From positions 1 to 54,034 of IMG/VR virus record IMGVR_UViG_3300025387_000022: a stretch of DNA of 54,034 bases. One strand, given 5' to 3'. The translations under genes were made by a program, and so were the position numbers. This DNA is from a virus (lineage: Duplodnaviria > Caudoviricetes). The notes below the pieces were generated by a model that saw only the letters and a list, made by a program, of their open reading frames with translations, was not told where the DNA came from and ran no database searches. Position 1 is the stretch's first letter. Each line of letters opens with the position of its first letter. Of this stretch, positions 27,819 through 36,319 are shown piece after piece.

Positions 27819-30441
27819 TTCCTTCTCCTTGTGGTGGTTGTTGTTGCGATTGTTGCTGTTGTTCTTGCTGCTGTTGTTGTGCTGCGCCTTGTTGCGAAAT
27901 CATATTATTTTGTGCTGCTTGTTTCTGACGTTCTAAATCTTGAAGATGTTGCAAATTTAACTGTTGAACTTCTTGTTGATGTTGCTGATTTGCTTGCTGT
28001 TGTTCATACTGTCTCTCTAAAGTCATTGAATTTACGTCATGTGTAATTTTTGCGCTTTCAATTTGCTCTTGAGCTACTATACTTTGTTGTTTGGCCATTG
28101 CGTCATCAGTTTGTTTCTTCGCTTTTAACTGTAAATCAGCTTGATCATAGGCTGCTTTACGTTTTGTTTCAGCCATAGAGCTCTCTTGTAACGCTTTTAC
28201 CTGAGCTATAATGTTTGGATCAGTTGGTTGCATATTATTCTGACTCATATTCTGTAAAGTCTGAAGAATTTGCTGAATCGCTGGCATAACTTGTTGCGCA
28301 TATAGCCGTTGACCATCTTGATGTACATGTTGCCCGACAACTTTAAGCATCTCTTGAGCTTGATATGGGACCGCTTGAACTTTTGCTGCGTTAAACGGTT
28401 TACCTATTGACAAAGAAGCGATTGTATCGGTCTGATTTAAGTACCATAAAACCAAATGTTGTTTGATATGTTCAATAACAGGTGGTAAAAATGTTGGCGC
28501 AATAATAGGGTTAGCACCAAATATTGGGTCAGTTGCATATTGAATATGATCTAGTATATGGGCTAAATGGTTTTGACCTATAAAAGCCCCAACAGGTTTA
28601 CCGAGAGTCATAGAAACATTTTCTAAAGCTGAATTCATATCTTTAACTTCTTGAGGATCTGGTAAAACCTCATTCACATCTGGGATACGTATCTGTTTCA
28701 TGATGCGTTTTTCAACTGCTAACCGATTATACAAATCAGGGTTAGCTTGCGCACGTGCTGCCAAGGCTTGGACTTGTAAATACCGCTGAGTCTCAGCGAA
28801 AATATGCGGATCGGAAACAGGAATAATATCAGAATTCGTTTTAAAATCTTCTTTAGTGATTTTTAAATCTATCATTAAATCACTTTTACGCTGTTCGTCT
28901 AAGTACCAGCGATTCAAACGAGCTAATATCTTAAGGACACGCTTTTGTGAATCGTGTAAACGTGAATGAATAGCACTATAAACTGCAGAACCTTGTTCAA
29001 TCAGGGCTTGTGTTGTGCCGACTGGGGCTTGACTATTAATATCTTGAATTTTTTCTTCAGAAGTTGTTACAACACCTTTAGCAGCGCTATCTAACCAACC
29101 TAATAAAGCAAATAAAACTTGATTTGGCGGGTTAAACGGCACAGGCATCGCTATTTTTCTGATGTCGTCGACTCCTGGTGCACCCTCGATCTCAGTAACT
29201 TGTGTAACATCGATAGTTTGGGATTGCCCCGATATCTTTCCACCTTTGAGCTTAAGCATTGTCGGTGCATTGTTAATGTGTGCGCTGTCCAAAAGAGCAC
29301 GCAATGCGCCAGTAAGAGCAGCAGAAAGACCGCCAATGAGATGAGGAAGCCCGATAGCATAAGCACCTCGCCATGGTATGAATTTAAACTCAACCAGCCA
29401 GTCAAGTTTTGTATAAGTGTCATCGCCATTCTCCCAGTTTCGGTACAAACCAATAACTTCATGTTCATACGCATCTAACATCATCACATAAGGCGCACGT
29501 TCGCCTTTTGTATAGCTATCGCCATCAACTTCTAACCATGTGTATATATGATATACAGTGCGTAAACCATCTATATTATCAGAGTTTTCTTGTTTACCTT
29601 CGATTTTATTAGACGCCTTTTGGGCACTTGACATTTCTGGCTCTTGAGAGACTTTATAAGTCCCAAGATCACGATATAAACCTTGTTCAACTCTTAAATT
29701 ATATTCTTCTTGAGTGATAACTTGAACTTCGGTAACTCGCATTGCAGTATAAAAATTAACAGCTGCAAAAGGTAAATAAACATTATCAATCGGAACAAAT
29801 TCAAAACATGGTCTGCGCTTATAATCGTCGTACCATACTTTTAAATACTGTGAACCACCGAGGGGTAGCTGTGTGAGCATTTGCTCTTCTTCATCACGGA
29901 ACTCTTCAATCTGCTCGGTAAGTTGCCAATTCATATAGTCCCGTTTGCGCTCGGCTCGGGCTATTTTCTCTTCAGTTACTTCACCGATGATTTTTGATCG
30001 TACTGGTCCATCAGGTGGGAATAATTCTTTAATTGCTCTGGCGGCAAAGTCGACGCAAGACTCTGCCATGACGGGGTGAACCACTTTTGAAGCACCCATA
30101 AACTGAGCTCCTCCTGGAGCGTCATCTCCAAGACCCGTGCGTCGTATGCCTTCCTCGTATTTTTTATCACGTTCTTCCCTTGCATCTTTGTCTTTATCGA
30201 TTAAATCGATATATTTCATAGCGATTTTATCTAGGAAAAAATTATCTACAGTATCAGATAAGTTTTCATAAAAGTCAGGTTCGTCTTCTGGACCTTTTAA
30301 CTCTTCAAGGTGAAGAATCGCAGAGCCATCTTCTTGCTCTTCAACAGCACCAGTAATTTCGTCTTCTAATTCGAATATAGAGCCTTGTTCTTGCTCATCA
30401 GCATTAGGGTCGTACATTTGCGGTATAGGCATTTCAGGCAT
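27811..30441 (-). CDS. Portal protein
   Basis: 876 aa; HPVMAESCVDFAARA..ELFP, GSQYLKVW, YAIGLPHLIGGL, APVGTTQAL; Q-rich C-terminal barrel. Confidence 0.88.
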   Translation of the reverse strand: MPEMPIPQMYDPNADEQEQGSIFELEDEITGAVEEQEDGSAILHLEELKGPEDEPDFYENLSDTVDNFFLDKIAMKYIDLIDKDKDAREERDKKYEEGIRRTGLGDDAPGGAQFMGASKVVHPVMAESCVDFAARAIKELFPPDGPVRSKIIGEVTEEKIARAERKRDYMNWQLTEQIEEFRDEEEQMLTQLPLGGSQYLKVWYDDYKRRPCFEFVPIDNVYLPFAAVNFYTAMRVTEVQVITQEEYNLRVEQGLYRDLGTYKVSQEPEMSSAQKASNKIEGKQENSDNIDGLRTVYHIYTWLEVDGDSYTKGERAPYVMMLDAYEHEVIGLYRNWENGDDTYTKLDWLVEFKFIPWRGAYAIGLPHLIGGLSAALTGALRALLDSAHINNAPTMLKLKGGKISGQSQTIDVTQVTEIEGAPGVDDIRKIAMPVPFNPPNQVLFALLGWLDSAAKGVVTTSEEKIQDINSQAPVGTTQALIEQGSAVYSAIHSRLHDSQKRVLKILARLNRWYLDEQRKSDLMIDLKITKEDFKTNSDIIPVSDPHIFAETQRYLQVQALAARAQANPDLYNRLAVEKRIMKQIRIPDVNEVLPDPQEVKDMNSALENVSMTLGKPVGAFIGQNHLAHILDHIQYATDPIFGANPIIAPTFLPPVIEHIKQHLVLWYLNQTDTIASLSIGKPFNAAKVQAVPYQAQEMLKVVGQHVHQDGQRLYAQQVMPAIQQILQTLQNMSQNNMQPTDPNIIAQVKALQESSMAETKRKAAYDQADLQLKAKKQTDDAMAKQQSIVAQEQIESAKITHDVNSMTLERQYEQQQANQQHQQEVQQLNLQHLQDLERQKQAAQNNMISQQGAAQQQQQEQQQQSQQQPPQGEGNV

Positions 30442-33400
30442 TATTTTCTCCTAACTAATGCTAATTTCATTTCGTCTTTATTTTCAGCAAAGTATACCTT
30501 AGATTTGATTAAACCACCTTTTTTATGTCCTTCTGGTGGATTATAATTTAAAGCATCAACATATATTGTCCTAATGTCTTTATCAGGTTTCATCCCTCCA
30601 CCTCTTGGGAATCCTTCGCCATGTGTTGTTTTTGTTACTTTAAAAACTGTATTAGGGGCTATGGCTATTTCTTTTTCATGACCTGCTTCTGAGCCGAGAT
30701 ATTTTTCTAAATCGATTGCTTTTGAACCTTTGGGAAGATTAATAACAAAATTTACTATTTTATCGCTCGGCTGATTTTTATCTGAAAATTTACGAGCGAC
30801 AATATTTGAATCTTTTGAAGCTGAAGTTATACCTTTATCGGAAAAAGTATCTCCAATTTTCAAATTATAAAGATAATCTAAAGATCCATTAAAAGGTATT
30901 TTCACACCTCTATAAACTAACTGTGGTTCTTCTAAAGAAGCATGATTAAATAAATTTTTTAAATTTTCTACAAGTTTTTCAGTTGTTCCTGGAACATCTT
31001 CTTTATATAACGGTTGACCTTTACGAAGCATATTTTGCATTTGAGAATAACCGCCAACTTTAGAATTTACATAGGCAGCTTGATATTCTTTTAATGCTTC
31101 TAAATGCTCTGGAGTAAAATTATTTACTTTGTTATTCAACTTACCAATTGATTCAATAATATGTTGGCGAGTTTTCTCTGGGTTATTAGAGTAAATAGCG
31201 ACTAGATTTTTCATATCAACAGGGGTAGTCGTAGCAAAAGATCCGCTCGTGAAACTGTCTTGCCAATTTTTTGCATCAGTATCTTCGTCAGGAACAAGAT
31301 TATGCTCTTTCTTTTTCATCCTGAATTTCATAATAGGGGCTTCATGCTGATATTCGTCTGGAACTGTTTCGTGCCATCTGTCTTTCTGAAACCGTGCTAT
31401 TGAAGGATGAGACCAGAAATATGCTCCGCCAACATGCTCAGGCGCATAACCTTGTAAATTTTTATCACCGATATCTTTATTAGTAAGTTTGCCAGTTGCT
31501 AAAGGTCTTGCAACATCTTCGGGTATATGATAACCAACAACATATTCTTGATTTTCTTGCGGAGCGGATATACCCCCTAAATCATAATTTGAATTTGGAC
31601 TCAAATCTTCATACGGTCTTACTTTATTTAAAATATCATCTAATTTTTTATCACCTGTGAATTTTTGTCGTTTAGGGGCTTCCCTTAACAGCTCAGGATA
31701 CCCTACGCTACCACGTATAAAATTTCTTTGTAATTCGGGTTTTCCTGGATGATATTTTTCGGCAGCTTCCCTTGCATTTATCCATTCGTTTCCATTATCA
31801 ACATCTTTATATTCATAGTTATCGAGGATATTCTGATATTCTTTTTCAGCTAAATCATCAAGGTCTTTCCTTTTCAAAAATCTTGGCAATTTACCGCTAT
31901 ATAATTGATTTTTTATCAGGGCTTTGTCAGGATGTTTAATCGAGCTCGGTTGGTACGTGTCTACCACGTCTACATTGTGAGTATCATAAACTTCATTTAA
32001 ATCTTTTTCATTTTTATTTAAAAAAGCATGAACATAATCGTGATATTTATCTGCAACTCTTCCGTTACCTTTCCCTCTAATTTGTTCGATATTGTGAACG
32101 GGACTAGGGGGTGGCTCGATAAATTTACCACCATATTCTTTTATCAATCGGTGTAAACCACTTATATATTCATAAGGTGCATCAGCGTAATTATTAAGTT
32201 CCTCTGCTTGCTCTGCAAGCTCGGGATTGCTTTCTATAAAAGTTTTGTTTGCTTCATACGCATCAATAGGTGATACGCCAGTTGGCACAGCTTCTATCGT
32301 TACGTGTGGTCTGTTCTTATTGTCTCGCAGAGTGAATATGCGGGTATTACCGTTAGCCACATCTTTAGTATAACCTCCGACGCAGTGACCCATCTGATCA
32401 CCTTCGTTTTTAAGAGCTTCGTCTAATGTTTGATAATTTTTTGCCTTGTTATAACTCGTTTTTGCTTCTTCTGGTGAATTAAATAAAACTTTTCCCGACT
32501 CAGGGTCTTTCCAACTTAATTTTTGGTCAGGCTCAAGAATAGAAAATTTACCATTATTTTGTATTACGTTGGGGTTAAAATCTGTTTCAGGCATTTTAAG
32601 CTCGTGCCATCTAAACCCATTATCATATTCATACGCAGGGGGAAAATGGGTAGCAAATGTATCCCTATTTGCAGTTGCTACTTTATCAGCTTGTTTTATG
32701 CGATAATCATTAATCTTTGCAACGTGACGTAATGCGTCTTTAACAGACATTTTATCTACGTCTTTGGGTCTTAATCTTAATTGCTGCGGTAAATTTTCAT
32801 CTAGCATTGCGTTTTGAAGTTCGTCTATCGCATGTTCAAATCCTAGATCGTGCATCGCATTATTATCTAACGTGTGAACTACTGCATTGGGATCTTTTTC
32901 TAAAAGGTCTTTTAAATAACCTTTTGTGCTTGGAAATGTATCTGCTAGGTTTTCTGCATATTCAGGTGAAACTGCTGAATCAGATCTGGCTTCCCATGAT
33001 TTACCTAATTCAGTTTTTGCATGACCTTCGGCTGTAAATCCGTGCGTTTCACGCCACATTTTCATATTATCAGACGCTACTCTCGTTTCATCTCGAATAT
33101 CGGGTATATGCGTTATTCCCTCATCGTGTAATTCTCTAACAGGGTCGGTAGAGGTTGCTAAATCGTTTTTAATATAGTTACGTAACTTTGTATCAATCCA
33201 ATTGTTTATGCTTGATCGAGTTTTATTTTCGGGAGTTAAAAACGGCTCGAACATTTTGAGTCGTTCTTCTCTCGGTAATTCTGCTAATTCAGACTCGGTT
33301 AAACCATAATGTTTAAGGACTACAGGTTTTTCGTCGGATGTATTGATAGCTCTTTTTGTATGATTCAAAGTTTTATCAATCCAATCGTCTATCCAGTTGC

Positions 33401-33884
33401 CACCTTTGTTTTTAATAGAAAGCCCAACTTGTAAATTACTCATCGCTGCAGGATCACCTAATCCTACAATCGGGGCAACAACATTTTGCCCGAGCTTTCC
33501 ACCCATCATTTCGCTATACTGTTGTTCGGGAGTCTGATTAACGCTCTTAGGGATTCTTTCATACATCTCTTCAGAAGTAGGCAATGCTGTATTCTGTGAA
33601 ACAGTGTCTGGCGCAAAATAATTAATAGCGCTACGCCCTAAACTTTCTATATCGCCTGGAGCACCAGCAATCGCCGATGCAGTTCCTTTTGCTGCGCCAT
33701 ATAACATAGGTGCTAAACCTTGGCTAATCGCCCCGCCCATCGTTCCTAATGGATCGACTTTTACGGGTTGTCCCGCTCGGTTTCTTGCAACAGGTCTATT
33801 CTGCAACGCCAACCTCATGTCGTCTTGACTCGGAGTTGTATCGTCATTGCTAATTACATTGCCTAACTGGTCGTATTGTGGCAT
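30441..33884 (-). CDS. Large polyvalent protein: PcfJ-like domain, possible second ART-like domain, C-terminal VIP2-type ADP-ribosyltransferase
   Basis: EGDQMGHCVGGY..IFTLRD..PHVTIE..QIRGKGN (PcfJ-like); LVYRGV..FSDKGITSAS..HEKEIAI (R-S-ExE ART). Confidence 0.75.
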   Translation of the reverse strand: MPQYDQLGNVISNDDTTPSQDDMRLALQNRPVARNRAGQPVKVDPLGTMGGAISQGLAPMLYGAAKGTASAIAGAPGDIESLGRSAINYFAPDTVSQNTALPTSEEMYERIPKSVNQTPEQQYSEMMGGKLGQNVVAPIVGLGDPAAMSNLQVGLSIKNKGGNWIDDWIDKTLNHTKRAINTSDEKPVVLKHYGLTESELAELPREERLKMFEPFLTPENKTRSSINNWIDTKLRNYIKNDLATSTDPVRELHDEGITHIPDIRDETRVASDNMKMWRETHGFTAEGHAKTELGKSWEARSDSAVSPEYAENLADTFPSTKGYLKDLLEKDPNAVVHTLDNNAMHDLGFEHAIDELQNAMLDENLPQQLRLRPKDVDKMSVKDALRHVAKINDYRIKQADKVATANRDTFATHFPPAYEYDNGFRWHELKMPETDFNPNVIQNNGKFSILEPDQKLSWKDPESGKVLFNSPEEAKTSYNKAKNYQTLDEALKNEGDQMGHCVGGYTKDVANGNTRIFTLRDNKNRPHVTIEAVPTGVSPIDAYEANKTFIESNPELAEQAEELNNYADAPYEYISGLHRLIKEYGGKFIEPPPSPVHNIEQIRGKGNGRVADKYHDYVHAFLNKNEKDLNEVYDTHNVDVVDTYQPSSIKHPDKALIKNQLYSGKLPRFLKRKDLDDLAEKEYQNILDNYEYKDVDNGNEWINAREAAEKYHPGKPELQRNFIRGSVGYPELLREAPKRQKFTGDKKLDDILNKVRPYEDLSPNSNYDLGGISAPQENQEYVVGYHIPEDVARPLATGKLTNKDIGDKNLQGYAPEHVGGAYFWSHPSIARFQKDRWHETVPDEYQHEAPIMKFRMKKKEHNLVPDEDTDAKNWQDSFTSGSFATTTPVDMKNLVAIYSNNPEKTRQHIIESIGKLNNKVNNFTPEHLEALKEYQAAYVNSKVGGYSQMQNMLRKGQPLYKEDVPGTTEKLVENLKNLFNHASLEEPQLVYRGVKIPFNGSLDYLYNLKIGDTFSDKGITSASKDSNIVARKFSDKNQPSDKIVNFVINLPKGSKAIDLEKYLGSEAGHEKEIAIAPNTVFKVTKTTHGEGFPRGGGMKPDKDIRTIYVDALNYNPPEGHKKGGLIKSKVYFAENKDEMKLALVRRK

Positions 33885-33893
33885 AACAGTTCC

Positions 33894-35321
33894 TTATATT
33901 GCGTATGGATTAACATAAACACGACGGGAGTCAGCGTAATCGTCATCGGCAACAGGATGATGATCAAGAGTAATTATGCCCGCATCTCGTAAATATCGCA
34001 AGGCTTGTGATAACGCATCTACGTAATCGTCATGCTTAGCCATTGGGAACGCAGCAATCTCTCTTAGAAATGGATCAAGCCATGTCATCGGTTGTCCGCT
34101 TCTTTCATTTGACTCCGGCAAATACACTAGCCCCTTCTCGATCATCGGTGAAACAATATTCAATCGAGTTGTCTTATCGGCATTCCCTGGATTGTAACCC
34201 GTTACAGGTATCATCGTCTGGCGTAAATCCTGCAGTAACGATATACCAGCAGACTTATCTTCAATCAGTACCAAGTCCACTTTCTTGCCATTACTGAACT
34301 CGTCTGGGTCTCCATAAATGGTCGTGAACTCTTCTTGTACACGGCGTCGTAAATCTGGATATAGCATTCGATCAGACCAGCAGTCAATGAGCATAACTCG
34401 AGAACCGTGGTCGGCGCTAGGACGAAACACCCCTAGTACAACACACGCTGTGGGGTCGTTCACTGTTTTGTCGGAGGTGGCTACGTCGTACGACTGAATA
34501 ACGAAGCTGAACTGGGGTAACGACTTCTCAGATGGCCAAAGTCGGAACCACGAACGCTTAACCAGTCCGGACTCTTCTGGATCTAGAATCTCTGCATAGA
34601 TCTCCTGACGTCCAATCGTAGTGCCTTCGTACTGCATAATTTGTTTCTGGAAGGTCGGGGCTAGGTTGTGAAGGTTGGAATATGTAGAAGCCGTGGTGAC
34701 GTGTACATCATTTCCATCGCGATCCGCCAGCTCTACGATCTTAGGCACTGGTTTTGGTGTGGTGGTGCATAACATCTTTGGGTCAGTACCGAGTCGTAGG
34801 GAGAATGCGATCATGTCCCATGCTTCCTCGAGGTACTCCCAAGCAGCCAGCTCGTCACACCAAACATGGTTCCATTGTGGTCCACGGAAACGTGATGGTT
34901 CCGATGCTGCAATTCCTTTTATTAAACTTCCATTCTGCAAGGTTAGCTCATGCAGGGACACGGAGTAGTTTTGAATAAGCTCGGGTGGGCAAACTGCAAT
35001 CAGACCTGAATCTCCACCAAAGCAGACGTCCCGTATGTCTCCAGACGTGGGGGCGCTCACTAGGATGCGGGAGCGTGGTTGCGTCCATGCCGTCCACCAA
35101 ACCCATTCAGCAGCCAGCCGAGTCTTCCCTGCTCCTCGCCCAGCCAGTAACAGCCAAGTGCTCCAATCTCCTGTCGGTTCAATCTGGTGCTCGAGCGCTA
35201 TGCTGAGCCACTTGAGTCGAGCCTGCATCGCTGCTTGCCAAACTGCGCTAAGGTTATTGAGCGCATCAGCGTTTGACTCGATCTTTTCAGCGAACAACTC
35301 TTGCTGGGCGCCAGTCAACAT
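33894..35321 (-). CDS. terL: Terminase large subunit
   Basis: Walker A LAGRGAGKT, Walker B WCDE, TTTPK, nuclease QSYD...IEDK...HDDYVDA. Confidence 0.95.
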   Translation of the reverse strand: MLTGAQQELFAEKIESNADALNNLSAVWQAAMQARLKWLSIALEHQIEPTGDWSTWLLLAGRGAGKTRLAAEWVWWTAWTQPRSRILVSAPTSGDIRDVCFGGDSGLIAVCPPELIQNYSVSLHELTLQNGSLIKGIAASEPSRFRGPQWNHVWCDELAAWEYLEEAWDMIAFSLRLGTDPKMLCTTTPKPVPKIVELADRDGNDVHVTTASTYSNLHNLAPTFQKQIMQYEGTTIGRQEIYAEILDPEESGLVKRSWFRLWPSEKSLPQFSFVIQSYDVATSDKTVNDPTACVVLGVFRPSADHGSRVMLIDCWSDRMLYPDLRRRVQEEFTTIYGDPDEFSNGKKVDLVLIEDKSAGISLLQDLRQTMIPVTGYNPGNADKTTRLNIVSPMIEKGLVYLPESNERSGQPMTWLDPFLREIAAFPMAKHDDYVDALSQALRYLRDAGIITLDHHPVADDDYADSRRVYVNPYAI

Positions 35322-35689
35322 TACTTGCTCTTGTCTTGGCGCAGCTTTAAGATGTCGCCAGCGAGAGCCACCGCAAGCTCGCCAGCAAAGTCAACTTTTA
35401 CGTTACCTCCATCAGCGCCAGTGATCTCCGTTGACTGAATTGCTTTACCGTCCAAACGATCGAACACTTCCTTGATGGCTGGGAGGTCACCTGCTTCCGC
35501 TGCATCAAGAAGTGCCTCAGCGATCTTGTTCAAGCGTTGAGGGTTCTGTGTGGTCAGCCTTCTAAGCGTTGCAGACATTGCTCCTCTGACCGCAGCATTG
35601 TGCTTTGGGGAGTTCGTCATCAGGTCTTTCTTAGAGAAAGCAGAGACAACCTCTTTGTCTGTCTTAGGTTTTGGTACTCCTTTCGGCAT
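35321..35689 (-). CDS. terS: Terminase small subunit (putative)
   Basis: Coupled upstream of terL; AIKEVFDRLDGKAIQSTEITGADG motif. Confidence 0.65.
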   Translation of the reverse strand: MPKGVPKPKTDKEVVSAFSKKDLMTNSPKHNAAVRGAMSATLRRLTTQNPQRLNKIAEALLDAAEAGDLPAIKEVFDRLDGKAIQSTEITGADGGNVKVDFAGELAVALAGDILKLRQDKSK

Positions 35690-35704
35690 ATCGATTCCTC
35701 TCTC

Positions 35705-35735
35705 ATTGTTTTAAGAGGAATTATAACCCAAATTA
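35705..35735 (-). promoter_or_regulatory. Putative late promoter (-10 TATAAT) upstream of terS
   Basis: TTTGGGTTATAATT on the minus strand ~30 nt before the terS ATG; no good -35. Confidence 0.4.
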
Positions 35736-36014
35736 TTGATGTTCAGCGAAAAATTTTTCCTGCATCTCAATTTCCTCTTTTAAACATACGATCGCAGTAT
35801 TGATCTCGCTGTTTTCGACACGTTTGCGTTTCACTGCGAGATCCCGCATGTTATCAGTCCAGAAGTAAGACAAAGTTCCGTAAGCAACAATTGCGCCAGA
35901 CTTACATTTCCCTGCATCAACCAATGCAGAGATTATTGCGTCGTTTGCATGCTTCTTTGCACACAAGCCAGCTTCGTTGAAGTAATGAAATTTTGCTAAT
36001 TTTACGTTGCTCAT
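35733..36014 (-). CDS. Early hypothetical protein
   Basis: True start MSNVKL at 36014 after TTAATAAAGGAAATAA; preceded by a class-1 promoter. Confidence 0.7.
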   Translation of the reverse strand: MSNVKLAKFHYFNEAGLCAKKHANDAIISALVDAGKCKSGAIVAYGTLSYFWTDNMRDLAVKRKRVENSEINTAIVCLKEEIEMQEKFFAEHQ

Positions 36015-36063
36015 TTTTATTTCCTTTATTAAATTATTAATCAAATTTGCTGCCGATGAAATA

Positions 36064-36101
36064 ACTTTAAACCAGTTCGAAAGAAAAGTAAACCAGTTTA
36101 T
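36064..36101 (-). promoter_or_regulatory. Class-1 early sigma70 promoter
   Basis: TTTACT-17-TAAAGT with two AACTGGTT boxes 21 bp apart. Confidence 0.8.
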
Positions 36102-36137
36102 GAAAATATTTTCAAATTATTTTCAACCCCAAAAACA

Positions 36138-36310
36138 TTTCCGTCGTTTCCCGTCACTTCCCGTCGTTTCCCGTTACTTCCGACACCACGGAAACGACTG
36201 CAAATCAGGGTAAAATACCTTTAGGTTTTTACCTGATGATTTCATGGATTTCAGCGTCATCGATTCCGTCGTTGCCGTCAACTTTTTCCTTAAGGGAAGC
36301 AACGACGAAA
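36138..36310. repeat. 10-bp-period tandem repeats plus inverted repeat; candidate replication origin
   Basis: CCGTCGTTTC CCGTCACTTC CCGTCGTTTC CCGTTACTTC at 36141-36180; IR near 36206-36237; more CCGTCG/CGACG copies to 36310. Confidence 0.6.
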
Positions 36311-36319
36311 TCACGTAAT

